A stretch of DNA of 64,000 bases. Origin: Candidatus Yanofskybacteria bacterium. GTDB taxonomy: Bacteria > Patescibacteriota > Minisyncoccia > 2-02-FULL-40-12 > GWA2-44-9. The first letter of the stretch is position 1. Each line of letters begins with the position of its first letter. The notes under the pieces are model-generated. The model did no database searches, was not told the origin of the DNA, and worked only from the letters and a program-made list of their open reading frames with translations. This document shows, in pieces, positions 27,618 through 36,677 of this stretch. The translations under genes and the position numbers were made by a program. The DNA is taken from contig JADZAY010000003.1 of assembly GCA_020852375.1 (NCBI GenBank), positions 6 to 64,005 on the forward strand, written 5' to 3'.

Positions 27618-28985
27618 ATGCCCCATGAGATGGGGGCGGAGGTTTCGATGGGACAACGGCAACGGTCGTACCCGGTTGAGCTCATTGCATCGCACATTGC
27701 GACGCACAACGACGAGTTCCTCGATCACGCCATCGGCGTGCGATGGGGCGCGGAGCGCCTCCCGGGATTCGCAAGCGCCCCGGTCGTCCTGCTGGACGCT
27801 GGGCTCAACTCGAAATCCGGCAAGGACGGATGGTGGTACCTCGAGCGCCGCCGAACGGCCTGCATCGGTATCCTGGGCGGCCCGTTCGACGAGCACGGCG
27901 AGCTGGCCGATGGCGTTCGCGAGAACGCCGCGACCAAGATGGCCAAGTTCGTCGGAGTCGCGGACGACCCGGCGTTGGCGCGCATGCTGGAGTACTCCCT
28001 GCGTGCCGACCGTGACGGTCACGACTCGCCGTTCGAGCTGGCCTCGCTCATCAAGGCCTGCTGGATGGCGGGGATGTCGCTGGAGCGCATGCTTCTGATG
28101 TACGGCGTCATCTTCGATGCGCTGTATCGCCGCGATGCCGGAGAGCTGAGCTTCCCGATCCCGCCCGGCGGATTCCGCCGCCTGTTGGCGGAATGGGTCA
28201 TCGAGACCATCGGGTGTGAGGCGGCTGCTCCCGCGTTCGCCTCTGCCCTGGAGGCGGCGAAGTTCTTCAGGAAGAACAACAGCGACAAGCTCGACCAGAT
28301 CCTGAAGTTCGAAGGTCGCAAGGGAGCGTTCGCCGACAAGCGCCCGTTCGACTTGGAGGGCATCTGGGAGGCGATGGTCGCCTCGGGCGTTTCGAGCGAT
28401 CGCATCCGTCTCATGATCTTCGCCTTCCTACAGGCGAAGTATCAGGAGCAGACCCGGTTCATCGCCGCGGTCGACGAGTTCCTGGCTATCTCCAAGATCA
28501 TCGAGCCGACTTCGGAGATGCCGTATCTGATCGGATTGGTCAAGTCCGACAACGACCAGATGAAGCGGGCTGCGGCCATGGTCGATCGCGGACTGGACGT
28601 GCTCATCCAGCGGCGCTCGTCGGGGAGGGTGAATGTGTTCGACCTCCGCCAGCGGCTCCCCATGGGGCCCGTCATCGCGCGCCTGCGTTATGACGAACGG
28701 CTCGCCAAGGCCGATCCCGGCGCACCCATTCCCGCGGGCGTTCTGCGGATGCCGGGTACGCTCCGACAGGTTCCGGAGTGGTTCGGCTTCTACGGGTGCC
28801 ACAACGGCACTCTGACGGCGCCCAACCGTCCGGTGACCCGTCTGCCGTTCGGGCGGATCGCCCGCCTCGTCGAGGATGGCCTCGCCAAGTCCTGGGCAGA
28901 GAACAAGGTGCGGCCATGGCGGGTCGAGCGGCGTGCGATCGACGAGCAGCGCGCACAGCGCGTCGCGGCGAAAGCCACAGCGTAG
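27618..28985 (+). CDS. Hypothetical 455-aa protein (no recognisable domain)
   Basis: Long ORF with consistent codon usage, a strong promoter upstream and a terminator (ggcccgaggg-tttc-cctcgggcc-TTTTTTT) at ~29000-29030. Confidence 0.6.
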   Translation: MPHEMGAEVSMGQRQRSYPVELIASHIATHNDEFLDHAIGVRWGAERLPGFASAPVVLLDAGLNSKSGKDGWWYLERRRTACIGILGGPFDEHGELADGVRENAATKMAKFVGVADDPALARMLEYSLRADRDGHDSPFELASLIKACWMAGMSLERMLLMYGVIFDALYRRDAGELSFPIPPGGFRRLLAEWVIETIGCEAAAPAFASALEAAKFFRKNNSDKLDQILKFEGRKGAFADKRPFDLEGIWEAMVASGVSSDRIRLMIFAFLQAKYQEQTRFIAAVDEFLAISKIIEPTSEMPYLIGLVKSDNDQMKRAAAMVDRGLDVLIQRRSSGRVNVFDLRQRLPMGPVIARLRYDERLAKADPGAPIPAGVLRMPGTLRQVPEWFGFYGCHNGTLTAPNRPVTRLPFGRIARLVEDGLAKSWAENKVRPWRVERRAIDEQRAQRVAAKATA

Positions 28986-28999
28986 TCAGCCGACGTTCA

Positions 29000-29030
29000 G
29001 GCCCGAGGGTTTCCCTCGGGCCTTTTTTTA
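29000..29030 (+). terminator. Rho-independent terminator
   Basis: ggcccgagggtttccctcgggcc followed by ttttttt. Confidence 0.7.
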
Positions 29031-29053
29031 ACGGGTGGCTGCGTGCAGCGGCG

Positions 29054-29620
29054 CTAGTGCTTGAGCGCTTGGATGAGACGCACTTCGCAATCCTTGAACA
29101 CGCCTTTTAATTCATCGCGCTGGGCGGGCGTGAATTTCTTGAGCACGAAATCTTTCACGAACTCGTCGCGCTTTTTGTCGGAGGCTTCACGGGCTTTGTC
29201 GAGCGCACGAACTCCAGTTCCAATGCGGATGCGGTAGAACTTATTCGTTTTGAGAGCATCGATGATGTTCTGCACGCCGCGATGACCGCCGGAATTCTTT
29301 TCGAAGGAGAACTTGCACATCCCGAAGGGGATATCGAGATCGTCGTGCACGACGACGATATCTTCGTTCTTCGCCTTTGCCCATGGCTTTGCCTTCTTTG
29401 CCGCATCGCCGGATTTGTTTACGAACGTCGATGGTTTGAGGAGCCAGCACTTGAACTCCTCGATATCTGTGCGGGAAACTTCGCCGAGGACTTTTTTATT
29501 CTCCTCGAATTTCCCTCCTTTATATTTCTTATTTAGCCAATCGAGAAACTGCCACCCGACATTGTGCCGGGTCTCGAGGTATTCCGGGTCCGGGTTGCCG
29601 ATACCGATGATGAGCTTCAT
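29054..29620 (-). CDS. pth: Peptidyl-tRNA hydrolase
   Basis: MKLIIGIGNPDPEYLETRHNVGWQFLDWL. Only the C-terminal 188 codons of the 458-aa track ORF are Pth; the remainder is antisense to lepB. Locally AT-richer and Lys-rich. Confidence 0.9.
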   Translation of the reverse strand: MKLIIGIGNPDPEYLETRHNVGWQFLDWLNKKYKGGKFEENKKVLGEVSRTDIEEFKCWLLKPSTFVNKSGDAAKKAKPWAKAKNEDIVVVHDDLDIPFGMCKFSFEKNSGGHRGVQNIIDALKTNKFYRIRIGTGVRALDKAREASDKKRDEFVKDFVLKKFTPAQRDELKGVFKDCEVRLIQALKH

Positions 29621-29734
29621 GGGAAGGAGTATACACAATGCGCATCGGGTCGCAAAGCCGGGTTTTGAGGAACCCTTGAATTCATCAAAAAAGCATGGTA
29701 CGATGCGGCGTCCGTTATTATATTTCGTCACGAA

Positions 29735-30403
29735 ATGGACCAAACACCAGCACCCGTTCCCCCGGCATCTCAGCCCCCGGTGAAGCCGCTCGAAAGCGCT
29801 GGCTCCACGTTCTTCGGTGAGCTGTTCGAGTTCGCATGGGAGACGGTTCGGGTGGTGCTCATTTCGCTGGTCATCATTCTCCCGGTTCGCTATTACCTCA
29901 TTCAGCCGTTCTTTGTGAAGGGAAGCTCGATGGTCCCAAACTTCCACGACAAAGAGTACGTCCTTGTCGACAAGTGGACGTATCGGCTCGGTCAGCCCGA
30001 GCGAGGGGACGTGATCATTTTCCGATACCCGGGCAATCCGAAGGAATACTTCATCAAGCGGGTCATCGGATTGCCAGGAGAGTCGGTGCTGGTAGGAAAC
30101 GACAATACCGTCACGGTATTCAACGAGCGGTATCCGAACGGCTTCAAAGTTGCCGAGGCGGGGTACCTGCCGAGGGAGAATCCGACTTATTGCTCCGGAA
30201 CATCGGCATGGTGCGGGACGAAGGTCCTGCTGGAGCCGAACCACTACTTCGTGATGGGTGATAATCGAGAGCACTCGAGCGACAGCCGATTCTTTGGACC
30301 GGTCGACCGTTCGTACTTTGCTGGTCTCGCATGGCTTCGCCTCTGGCCGCTCAACAAGATCAGTTTCATTCCGCGCACCGAGTATCCTCCGGTGGTCCAA
30401 TAA
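29735..30403 (+). CDS. lepB: Signal peptidase I
   Basis: GSSMVPNF (Ser box) and GDNREHSSDSRFFG (box E). Confidence 0.9.
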   Translation: MDQTPAPVPPASQPPVKPLESAGSTFFGELFEFAWETVRVVLISLVIILPVRYYLIQPFFVKGSSMVPNFHDKEYVLVDKWTYRLGQPERGDVIIFRYPGNPKEYFIKRVIGLPGESVLVGNDNTVTVFNERYPNGFKVAEAGYLPRENPTYCSGTSAWCGTKVLLEPNHYFVMGDNREHSSDSRFFGPVDRSYFAGLAWLRLWPLNKISFIPRTEYPPVVQ

Positions 30404-30405
30404 CC

Positions 30406-31710
30406 ATGGCAACCAAAAAGAAAGCCACAATTCCCGTGCTGCCCGAAGGTTTCTTTGACATCATCCCCGATGAGCAGCGATTTTGGCATCACATCTGGCG
30501 TCGGGCGAACGGGCTTCTCGCCGACTACAGCTTTTCGCGTATTGATGTCGCCCCGGTCGAGCAGGTGGAGGCGTTCACTCGTCCGGTCGCGACGAGCGAC
30601 CCTGAGCTGGTGCGCCGCCTTGCGGTCGGGAAGAGCCATGGCATGCACTTTGCATTTCGTGCCGCCCTGGCGCCGTCGCTCATGCGCGCCTATCTACAGC
30701 ACGGCATGCATGCCCTGCCGCACCCCGTGAAGCTGTTCGCGAATGCTCCGGTACTGGTTCCGGTCGAGCGTGGGCATCAGATGCGATGGCAGTTGGGCGT
30801 ACAGACGATCGGAGACACCTCCGAAGCGGTCGATGCCGAGTTGCTGTTCCTGGGATGCCGTATCATCGAGGCAATGAGCCTTGGCTCGTTCACGGTTCGC
30901 CTGAATACGATCGGCGATGCGGCGGGCAGGCAATCGTACCTGCGAGCACTTCGGGATTTCTTCCGCACCAACACGCGCAAGATCAGTGCGAAGGTCGCAG
31001 CTGCCGCGAAGGAGCATCCGTTCCACGGACTGGCTGCGCTTGCCGCAGAGAGTGCTGAACTTGCCCGTGAGGCGCCGCAGTCCGTCGACTACCTAAGCGA
31101 AGAGGCTCGTGCGCACTTCAAGCACTTGCTCGAGTTCCTTGATGAGGGGCAGGTGCCGTACGTGATCGATCACACGCTCGTGACGGTCGATGACTACGCA
31201 TCGCACACCGTATGGGAGTTCGTTCTTGATGCGACCACGGATGAGCAGGGGCAAGCCATTGCGGGGCAGGCCGTGCTGCGCGGAGGACGAATGGACCGAC
31301 TGTCCGAATTACTCGGCGGTTCGCGGACGCCCGCTGCTGGCTGGGCGCTCGACATTGACCTGATCGTTGCCCGCCTGAAGGCGAAGAACGTTTCGATCCC
31401 CGAGGTCGGCGCGCGACCGAAGGTGTTCTTGAGCCAGCTGGGAGAGGCGGCCAAGAAGCGGTCACTTATGCTGTTCGAGGAGATCCGGAAGTCGGGCATT
31501 GAGGTCCGCTACTCGCTCTCGCGGGACACGATCAAGGGACAGCTTCGCATTGCTGCTCGGTATGGCGTTAGATTTGCGCTCATCTTCGGGCAGAAAGAGG
31601 CGCTGGAGGGCACGGTCATCGTTCGCGAAATGGACACGGGCATCCAAGAGACTATCCCACTCGAGAAGATCATTGATGAGCTGAAGAAGCGTCTAAAAGC
31701 AAAGGCATGA
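30406..31710 (+). CDS. hisS: Histidyl-tRNA synthetase (divergent class II aaRS, HisRS-like with anticodon-binding domain)
   Basis: GFFDIIPDE N-terminus, motif-3 RGGRMDRL, a C-terminal class II anticodon-binding domain (ALIFGQKEALEGTVIVREMDTG). Several motif-2/His-pocket residues are diverged. Confidence 0.7.
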   Translation: MATKKKATIPVLPEGFFDIIPDEQRFWHHIWRRANGLLADYSFSRIDVAPVEQVEAFTRPVATSDPELVRRLAVGKSHGMHFAFRAALAPSLMRAYLQHGMHALPHPVKLFANAPVLVPVERGHQMRWQLGVQTIGDTSEAVDAELLFLGCRIIEAMSLGSFTVRLNTIGDAAGRQSYLRALRDFFRTNTRKISAKVAAAAKEHPFHGLAALAAESAELAREAPQSVDYLSEEARAHFKHLLEFLDEGQVPYVIDHTLVTVDDYASHTVWEFVLDATTDEQGQAIAGQAVLRGGRMDRLSELLGGSRTPAAGWALDIDLIVARLKAKNVSIPEVGARPKVFLSQLGEAAKKRSLMLFEEIRKSGIEVRYSLSRDTIKGQLRIAARYGVRFALIFGQKEALEGTVIVREMDTGIQETIPLEKIIDELKKRLKAKA

Positions 31711-32057
31711 TCGAGGATGTGTTCTGCAAGATCATCGCGGGGCAGATTCCTGGGGAAGTGGTGTACCGGGATGATGAGGTCATCGTGCTGAAGGATATTC
31801 ATCCGCAGGCGCCGGTGCACTTGCTGGTCATGCCCGTTCGCCATGTCGATGGGCTGGGGGATCTCGCGGAGCACGACGGTGTGCTGCTCGGAAAACTGAT
31901 CGCCGTTGCGCATCGGGTGGCGGGTGAGCAGGGGCTCGTGAAGGGGTATCGGCTCATTGTGAACGAGGGCGAGCATGGCGGGAAATTGGTGCCGCATCTG
32001 CATGTGCACCTACTGGGCGGGAAAGCATTGGGCCCGAAGATCGTTGCGAATGACTAA
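31707..32057 (+). CDS. HIT-family (histidine triad) hydrolase
   Basis: HLHVHLLGG histidine triad. Confidence 0.85.
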   Translation: MIEDVFCKIIAGQIPGEVVYRDDEVIVLKDIHPQAPVHLLVMPVRHVDGLGDLAEHDGVLLGKLIAVAHRVAGEQGLVKGYRLIVNEGEHGGKLVPHLHVHLLGGKALGPKIVAND

Positions 32058-32137
32058 TCTTCAGTCTCCAGTTCCCGATCGGAGCGATCGGCGGCTGAAG
32101 ACTGACGATTTTGTCAGTTACAGAAAGGAGGTATGAC

Positions 32138-32404
32138 ATGGTAGAAGTAAAACGAAAGCCGAATGAATCGATGGGCAGCCTTCTGCGCCGGTTTTCGCGT
32201 TTCGTCCAGCAGTCCGGCGTCCTCGTTCGGAAGAAGAGCCTGAAGTATCGTCCGAAGAAGCTCACCGAGCGTCAGGAGAAGAACAAGGCCATCATGGGCA
32301 TGCACCTTCGCAAGCTGCGGCAGAATCTCGAAAAACTCGGTAAGTACAACGAGGATACCTTCGACGAAGCAAAGCGTCGTCTGAAGCAGGAAGTCGAACT
32401 CTAA
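32138..32404 (+). CDS. rpsU: 30S ribosomal protein S21
   Basis: MVEVKRKPNESMGSLLRRFSRFVQQSG. SD AAGGAGG 6 nt upstream. Confidence 0.9.
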   Translation: MVEVKRKPNESMGSLLRRFSRFVQQSGVLVRKKSLKYRPKKLTERQEKNKAIMGMHLRKLRQNLEKLGKYNEDTFDEAKRRLKQEVEL

Positions 32405-32484
32405 CAGTGAAGGGCGGATCGCGGGGAGCGAGCGGCGCCGGTGGCGCAATTCGCTTCTCGCTATTCGCTGGTCACGTTTGGCGA

Positions 32485-32979
32485 ATGGCACTCAAAGAGA
32501 CCCTCAAAGAAGACATGAAAACTGCGTTCAAGGCGGGCGATACGGTCGCGCGCACAACGCTGTCCATGGTTCTGGCAACGATCCAGAATCGGGAGCTTGA
32601 GAAGCGAGCAAAGCTTATGAAGGCGGGGAGCGTGAGCGAGGCCGAGGTTGCCGAACAGGCGATGCTCACCGATGAGGAAACGCTGGACGCCATCTCGAGC
32701 GAGATCAAGAAGCGTCGCGACTCCATCGCGCAGTACGAAGCCGCCGGACGGGCGGAGCTTGCCGCTGGCGAATCTGCCGAGGTTGCCGTTCTCATGAAGT
32801 ACCTGCCGGAGCAGTTGACCGAAGAAGCGGTGCGCGCGCTCATCACGGAAGCGATCGCCGCGACCGGTGCCTCCGGTGCCGCCGATATGGGACGGGTCAT
32901 GGGAGCCGTTGCTCCTAAGACGAAGGGCAAGTTCGACGGGAGCCGGGTGAACCAGCTCGTAAAGGAGATGCTGCAGTAA
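32485..32979 (+). CDS. GatB/YqeY-domain protein
   Basis: MALKETLKEDMKTAFKAGD...LATIQNRELE is typical of YqeY. Classic rpsU-yqeY linkage. Confidence 0.75.
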   Translation: MALKETLKEDMKTAFKAGDTVARTTLSMVLATIQNRELEKRAKLMKAGSVSEAEVAEQAMLTDEETLDAISSEIKKRRDSIAQYEAAGRAELAAGESAEVAVLMKYLPEQLTEEAVRALITEAIAATGASGAADMGRVMGAVAPKTKGKFDGSRVNQLVKEMLQ

Positions 32980-32982
32980 ACC

Positions 32983-33444
32983 ATGATCGACCTGGTGCTG
33001 AACAAGCGCCTGCGGAGTGCCGCGGCTCGTACCTATGGCCGGGCGTTCTTTGCGCGCGTCATTGCCGCCGCGGAACCACGCCTCAAGATTCCGCGTGGGT
33101 GTCGGGCTGAAGTTGGCATCACACTGGTGAGCGCTCAGGCGATGCGAACACTGAACCGTGAGCGAAGAGGAGTTGATGCGCCGACCGATGTTCTCTCTTT
33201 TCCACTCCACATGAAACCGATTTCGGGCTATACTGCTCTATTATTGGGCGATCTTTTCGTGTGTCCCGACATCGTGCGGATCCGTGCGGCGGAGTCGGGT
33301 AGATCAGTGCGGCGTCAGATGGAGTGGAGCGTCGTTCACGGGCTCTTGCATCTGGTGGGGTACGATCACGAGCGGAGCACCCGAGCGGCGAAGGCGATGT
33401 TTTCCCTGGAGCAGCGGATTCTTGATACACTTTATACCAAGTAG
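32983..33444 (+). CDS. ybeY: rRNA maturation endoribonuclease YbeY
   Basis: HGLLHLVGYDHE metal-binding motif. Confidence 0.85.
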   Translation: MIDLVLNKRLRSAAARTYGRAFFARVIAAAEPRLKIPRGCRAEVGITLVSAQAMRTLNRERRGVDAPTDVLSFPLHMKPISGYTALLLGDLFVCPDIVRIRAAESGRSVRRQMEWSVVHGLLHLVGYDHERSTRAAKAMFSLEQRILDTLYTK

Positions 33445-33462
33445 AAGTCTCATATTTCTTTC

Positions 33463-34704
33463 GTGTCTCACCCGTACGTCATCTGTGGCATCGATATCGG
33501 CAATACCGCGGTGAAAGCCGTGATCGCGCGGGTTGAGCCGGGATCATCCCAGCCCGAGGTGATCGGTGTGGGGACGATCCCATCCACATCGGCGCTCCGC
33601 GCCGGAGAGGTGGTAGATATGAAGGAGGCCACCGAAGCAACGCGTGCGGCGCTTCAGCAGGCGTCCGCGATGGCGGGAATTCCGATTCGCCGCGCGTATC
33701 TTGCGGTCAGCGGACTTCACATTGGGACGCAGGTCTCAAAAGGGACGATCGCAGTGGGCCGAGCTGACGGAGAGATCACGGCCGGAGACATCGAGCGCGT
33801 ACTGGGTACGGCGCAGGTCGTCTCTTTGCCGCCGAATCGCGAGATCATCCATGTGATCCCTCGGGAGTTCATCATCGACGGCACCGAGCATGTGCGCGAC
33901 CCGCTCGGTATGAAAGGCGTTCGTTTGGAGGCCGATGTGCTGATCGTTCATGGACTTTCGCGACACCTGAAGAACATCGGGAAGTGCGCGAACGAGTGCG
34001 GCGTTGAAGTCGCCGGGTTCGTATTCGCTCCGCTCGCTGCTTCCATGGCGGTGCTCGATAAGCATCAAAAAGAATTCGGCGTTGCGCACCTTGATTTCGG
34101 AGGCGGAACCGCCTCATTGACCGTGTGGGACCAGGCCGACATGGTACACAGCGCGATGATGCGGGTGGGGAGCCGGCACATCACCAACGACCTCGCGATC
34201 CTTTTGAAGACATCGCTTGATACGGCTGAGCAGATCAAGTTGCAATTGGGCGCGGTGAATGAGCGGTGGGATCGGCGCAAGAAGCCCGAGCTGGTCGATC
34301 TGAGCGCATACATGGACGAGCCGTTTACGGTGCAGCGGCGCGATCTCATGGGTGCCATTGAGGCGCGTACGCGCGAGCTGCTCGACATGGTGCACGATGA
34401 ACTGAAGAAAGCGGGAAAGGACGGTCTTCTGCCCGCCGGGGTCGTCGTTTCCGGCGGCGGGTCAAAGCTCCCCGGCTTTGCCGCATTGGTGCGCGACACG
34501 CTTGAGCTTCCGGTCAGGATTGCGAAACCGGTAGGTGTAGAAGCGTTCGATGCCGCTATGGATCCTTCGTTCTCCGTCGCGATCGGCTTGGTTGCCTGGG
34601 GATTTACCCAGGAGGGCGGTGAGGGGCATCGTTCCACCGAGCTGACCACGGTCGGCGGCTGGATCAAGGAGGGCGTTGCCTGGCTGAAGAATTTCCTTCC
34701 GTAG
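33463..34704 (+). CDS. ftsA: Cell division protein FtsA
   Basis: Actin-fold ICGIDIGNTAVKAV...DFGGGT...VVSGGGSKLPG. Confidence 0.9.
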   Translation: MSHPYVICGIDIGNTAVKAVIARVEPGSSQPEVIGVGTIPSTSALRAGEVVDMKEATEATRAALQQASAMAGIPIRRAYLAVSGLHIGTQVSKGTIAVGRADGEITAGDIERVLGTAQVVSLPPNREIIHVIPREFIIDGTEHVRDPLGMKGVRLEADVLIVHGLSRHLKNIGKCANECGVEVAGFVFAPLAASMAVLDKHQKEFGVAHLDFGGGTASLTVWDQADMVHSAMMRVGSRHITNDLAILLKTSLDTAEQIKLQLGAVNERWDRRKKPELVDLSAYMDEPFTVQRRDLMGAIEARTRELLDMVHDELKKAGKDGLLPAGVVVSGGGSKLPGFAALVRDTLELPVRIAKPVGVEAFDAAMDPSFSVAIGLVAWGFTQEGGEGHRSTELTTVGGWIKEGVAWLKNFLP

Positions 34705-34953
34705 AGAAACTTATCAACAGGGTTGTACACAGGGGAGGGAGCGCTGTTTGCGCCCCTTTTTCATTTGTGATAGACAGCGTCAGAGGACAGAGAGTCCTAA
34801 ATACCCCGACGAGGTCCGAGCGATTTCTTGAGCGAGAGGCCGTAGGCCGTGTACGAGGAGGGCGGGGAGATAGGAACGAGGATGGTTTCCGTAGGAAGCC
34901 GACGAGTGACACAGGAAGGGGTCAAGCCGCAGGCGAAGACCCGCTCATGACAT

Positions 34954-36150
34954 ATGCCACAAGTAAAACCACAATTTGAAACGTTTGCCCGCCTAAAAGT
35001 CGTCGGTGTTGGCGGGTCGGGGTGCAACGCTCTCGCACGCATGATCGAGTCGCGCATTCACGGTGTGGAGTTCATCGCCGTGAACACGGATGCGCAGGCA
35101 CTCCACAATAGCCCCGCTTCTATTAAGGTCCATGTCGGAAAATCGCTGACTCGCGGGTTGGGGGCGGGCATGAATCCCGAAGTCGGTCGTCAGGCCGCTG
35201 TTGATACAAAAGAAGAGATCCAAGCCGCTCTGCGAGGAGCGGACATGGTGTTCGTGGCATGCGGTCTGGGGGGCGGCACCGGCACGGGTGCTGCACCGGT
35301 GATCGCCGACATCGCTCGCGAGATGGGCGCACTGACCGTGGCGGTGGTGACGAAGCCGTTCATGTTCGAAGGGAATGCGCGCATGCGCATCGCCGAAGAA
35401 GGGCTCGCATCCCTGCGGGAGAAGGTAGACTCCATTATTGTTATTCCGAACGATCGCATTCTCAGCATCATCGACCGTAAAACCCCGGCTCGCGAGGCGT
35501 TCCAGATCGTCGACGACGTTCTTCGTCAGGGAGTGCAGGGCGTATCCGATCTCATCACGCGGCACGACCTTATCAACGCGGACTTCAACGATGTGAAGAA
35601 GGTCATGGCAAACTCCGGGTCTGCGCTCATGGGTATCGGCGTCGCCGCCGGGGATGACCGCGCCATCGAAGCTGCGAAGCTCGCCATTAACTCCCCGTTG
35701 CTCGACGTATCGATCGAGGGCGCGAAGGGTGTATTGCTGAACATGCGCGGTGGTGAGGATCTCGCGATGGCCGAGGTTGCGGAGGCGGCGAGCATCATTA
35801 CCCAGCATGTGGATCGGGATGCGAACATCATCTTCGGCCTCGGATACGATGTCGAGGGTGAACTGAAGAAGGGCGAAGTGAAGGTCACGGTTATCGCTAC
35901 CGGATTTTCAGGCGGATTTCAGCCTGCCCGTCCAGCGCTCGTGAATCAGTCTCCGCGCGCTTCCGCTGCGGATATCAGCTTCTTCGGTGGCGATGCTCCT
36001 CGTCAGGAGCAGCCGCATCGTCCGGAGCCGACCGCCTACCAAGCTCCCCAGCCGGCGCCTGTCGCATCTCGTGAGACCATTACCGATCCGTCAGTCGCGG
36101 AGGACTACGATCTCGATATCCCCGCATTCATCCGACGGAAGATGAAATAA
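34954..36150 (+). CDS. ftsZ: Cell division GTPase FtsZ
   Basis: GVGGSGCNA and GGGTGTGAAPVIA tubulin signature. Confidence 0.95.
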   Translation: MPQVKPQFETFARLKVVGVGGSGCNALARMIESRIHGVEFIAVNTDAQALHNSPASIKVHVGKSLTRGLGAGMNPEVGRQAAVDTKEEIQAALRGADMVFVACGLGGGTGTGAAPVIADIAREMGALTVAVVTKPFMFEGNARMRIAEEGLASLREKVDSIIVIPNDRILSIIDRKTPAREAFQIVDDVLRQGVQGVSDLITRHDLINADFNDVKKVMANSGSALMGIGVAAGDDRAIEAAKLAINSPLLDVSIEGAKGVLLNMRGGEDLAMAEVAEAASIITQHVDRDANIIFGLGYDVEGELKKGEVKVTVIATGFSGGFQPARPALVNQSPRASAADISFFGGDAPRQEQPHRPEPTAYQAPQPAPVASRETITDPSVAEDYDLDIPAFIRRKMK

Positions 36151-36175
36151 CAGTTTGAGGAGGGCTCTGATTGAA

Positions 36176-36202
36176 AAGCCCCGCACTCGAGTGAGTGCGG
36201 GG
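36176..36202 (+). terminator. Intrinsic terminator after ftsZ
   Basis: ccccgcactcgagtgagtgcgggg followed by tcttggtg. Confidence 0.55.
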
Positions 36203-36214
36203 TCTTGGTGCTTA

Positions 36215-36442
36215 CTACTGGTAATCGTACGTGACGGTGAGCGTCGCGATGATGTGCGCTCGTGGGTTGCCGAGACTCACTGGATGAAAGGCAATCGCAG
36301 TGCTTGCCCCGGCGATCCGGATTGGTGCTAAGCCGGACTCTATGCGATCGGCCTCCCAGCCGCTGAGCTGTGTTTCGAGGTCTTGCACTGCCCTCTCGAG
36401 TGTTTCCTGAGCTTTGCGGGTGCAAAAGATCTTCACCACCAC
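36215..36442 (-). CDS. Small hypothetical protein (75 aa, GTG start with GGAGGT SD)
   Basis: ORF preceded by a GGAGGT SD on the minus strand. No recognisable motif. Confidence 0.35.
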   Translation of the reverse strand: MVVKIFCTRKAQETLERAVQDLETQLSGWEADRIESGLAPIRIAGASTAIAFHPVSLGNPRAHIIATLTVTYDYQ

Positions 36443-36677
36443 GAGAACCTCCAGGCCTGTTATTCATAATACCACATAGATTAGTAATATGTCAAATTAT
36501 GTCTTTTGTGCGGGAAAATCGAGCCAAAATTATCCACATTTGCCCGGTCGCCGGAAGGGCCTACAATGGAGGTCCAAACCTTCCTGTAGGAGGGACCTTC
36601 ACAGAACGAACTCGCGGTTCAACCACACCCCTTCGGTGTGGTTGCTGGTCCCTGCGAGGCGTTCAATCCACCGCCGC

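Noticed and set aside
29054-30430. 458-aa minus ORF
   Set aside because: Only the C-terminal 188 codons are peptidyl-tRNA hydrolase. The N-terminal part is antisense to signal peptidase I (29735..30403), which has clear catalytic motifs.
36443-36677. Cobalamin riboswitch upstream of nrdJ
   Set aside because: I could not find the B12-box (GCCACTG-like) or other conserved riboswitch elements by eye. The region is kept only as a generic structured leader.
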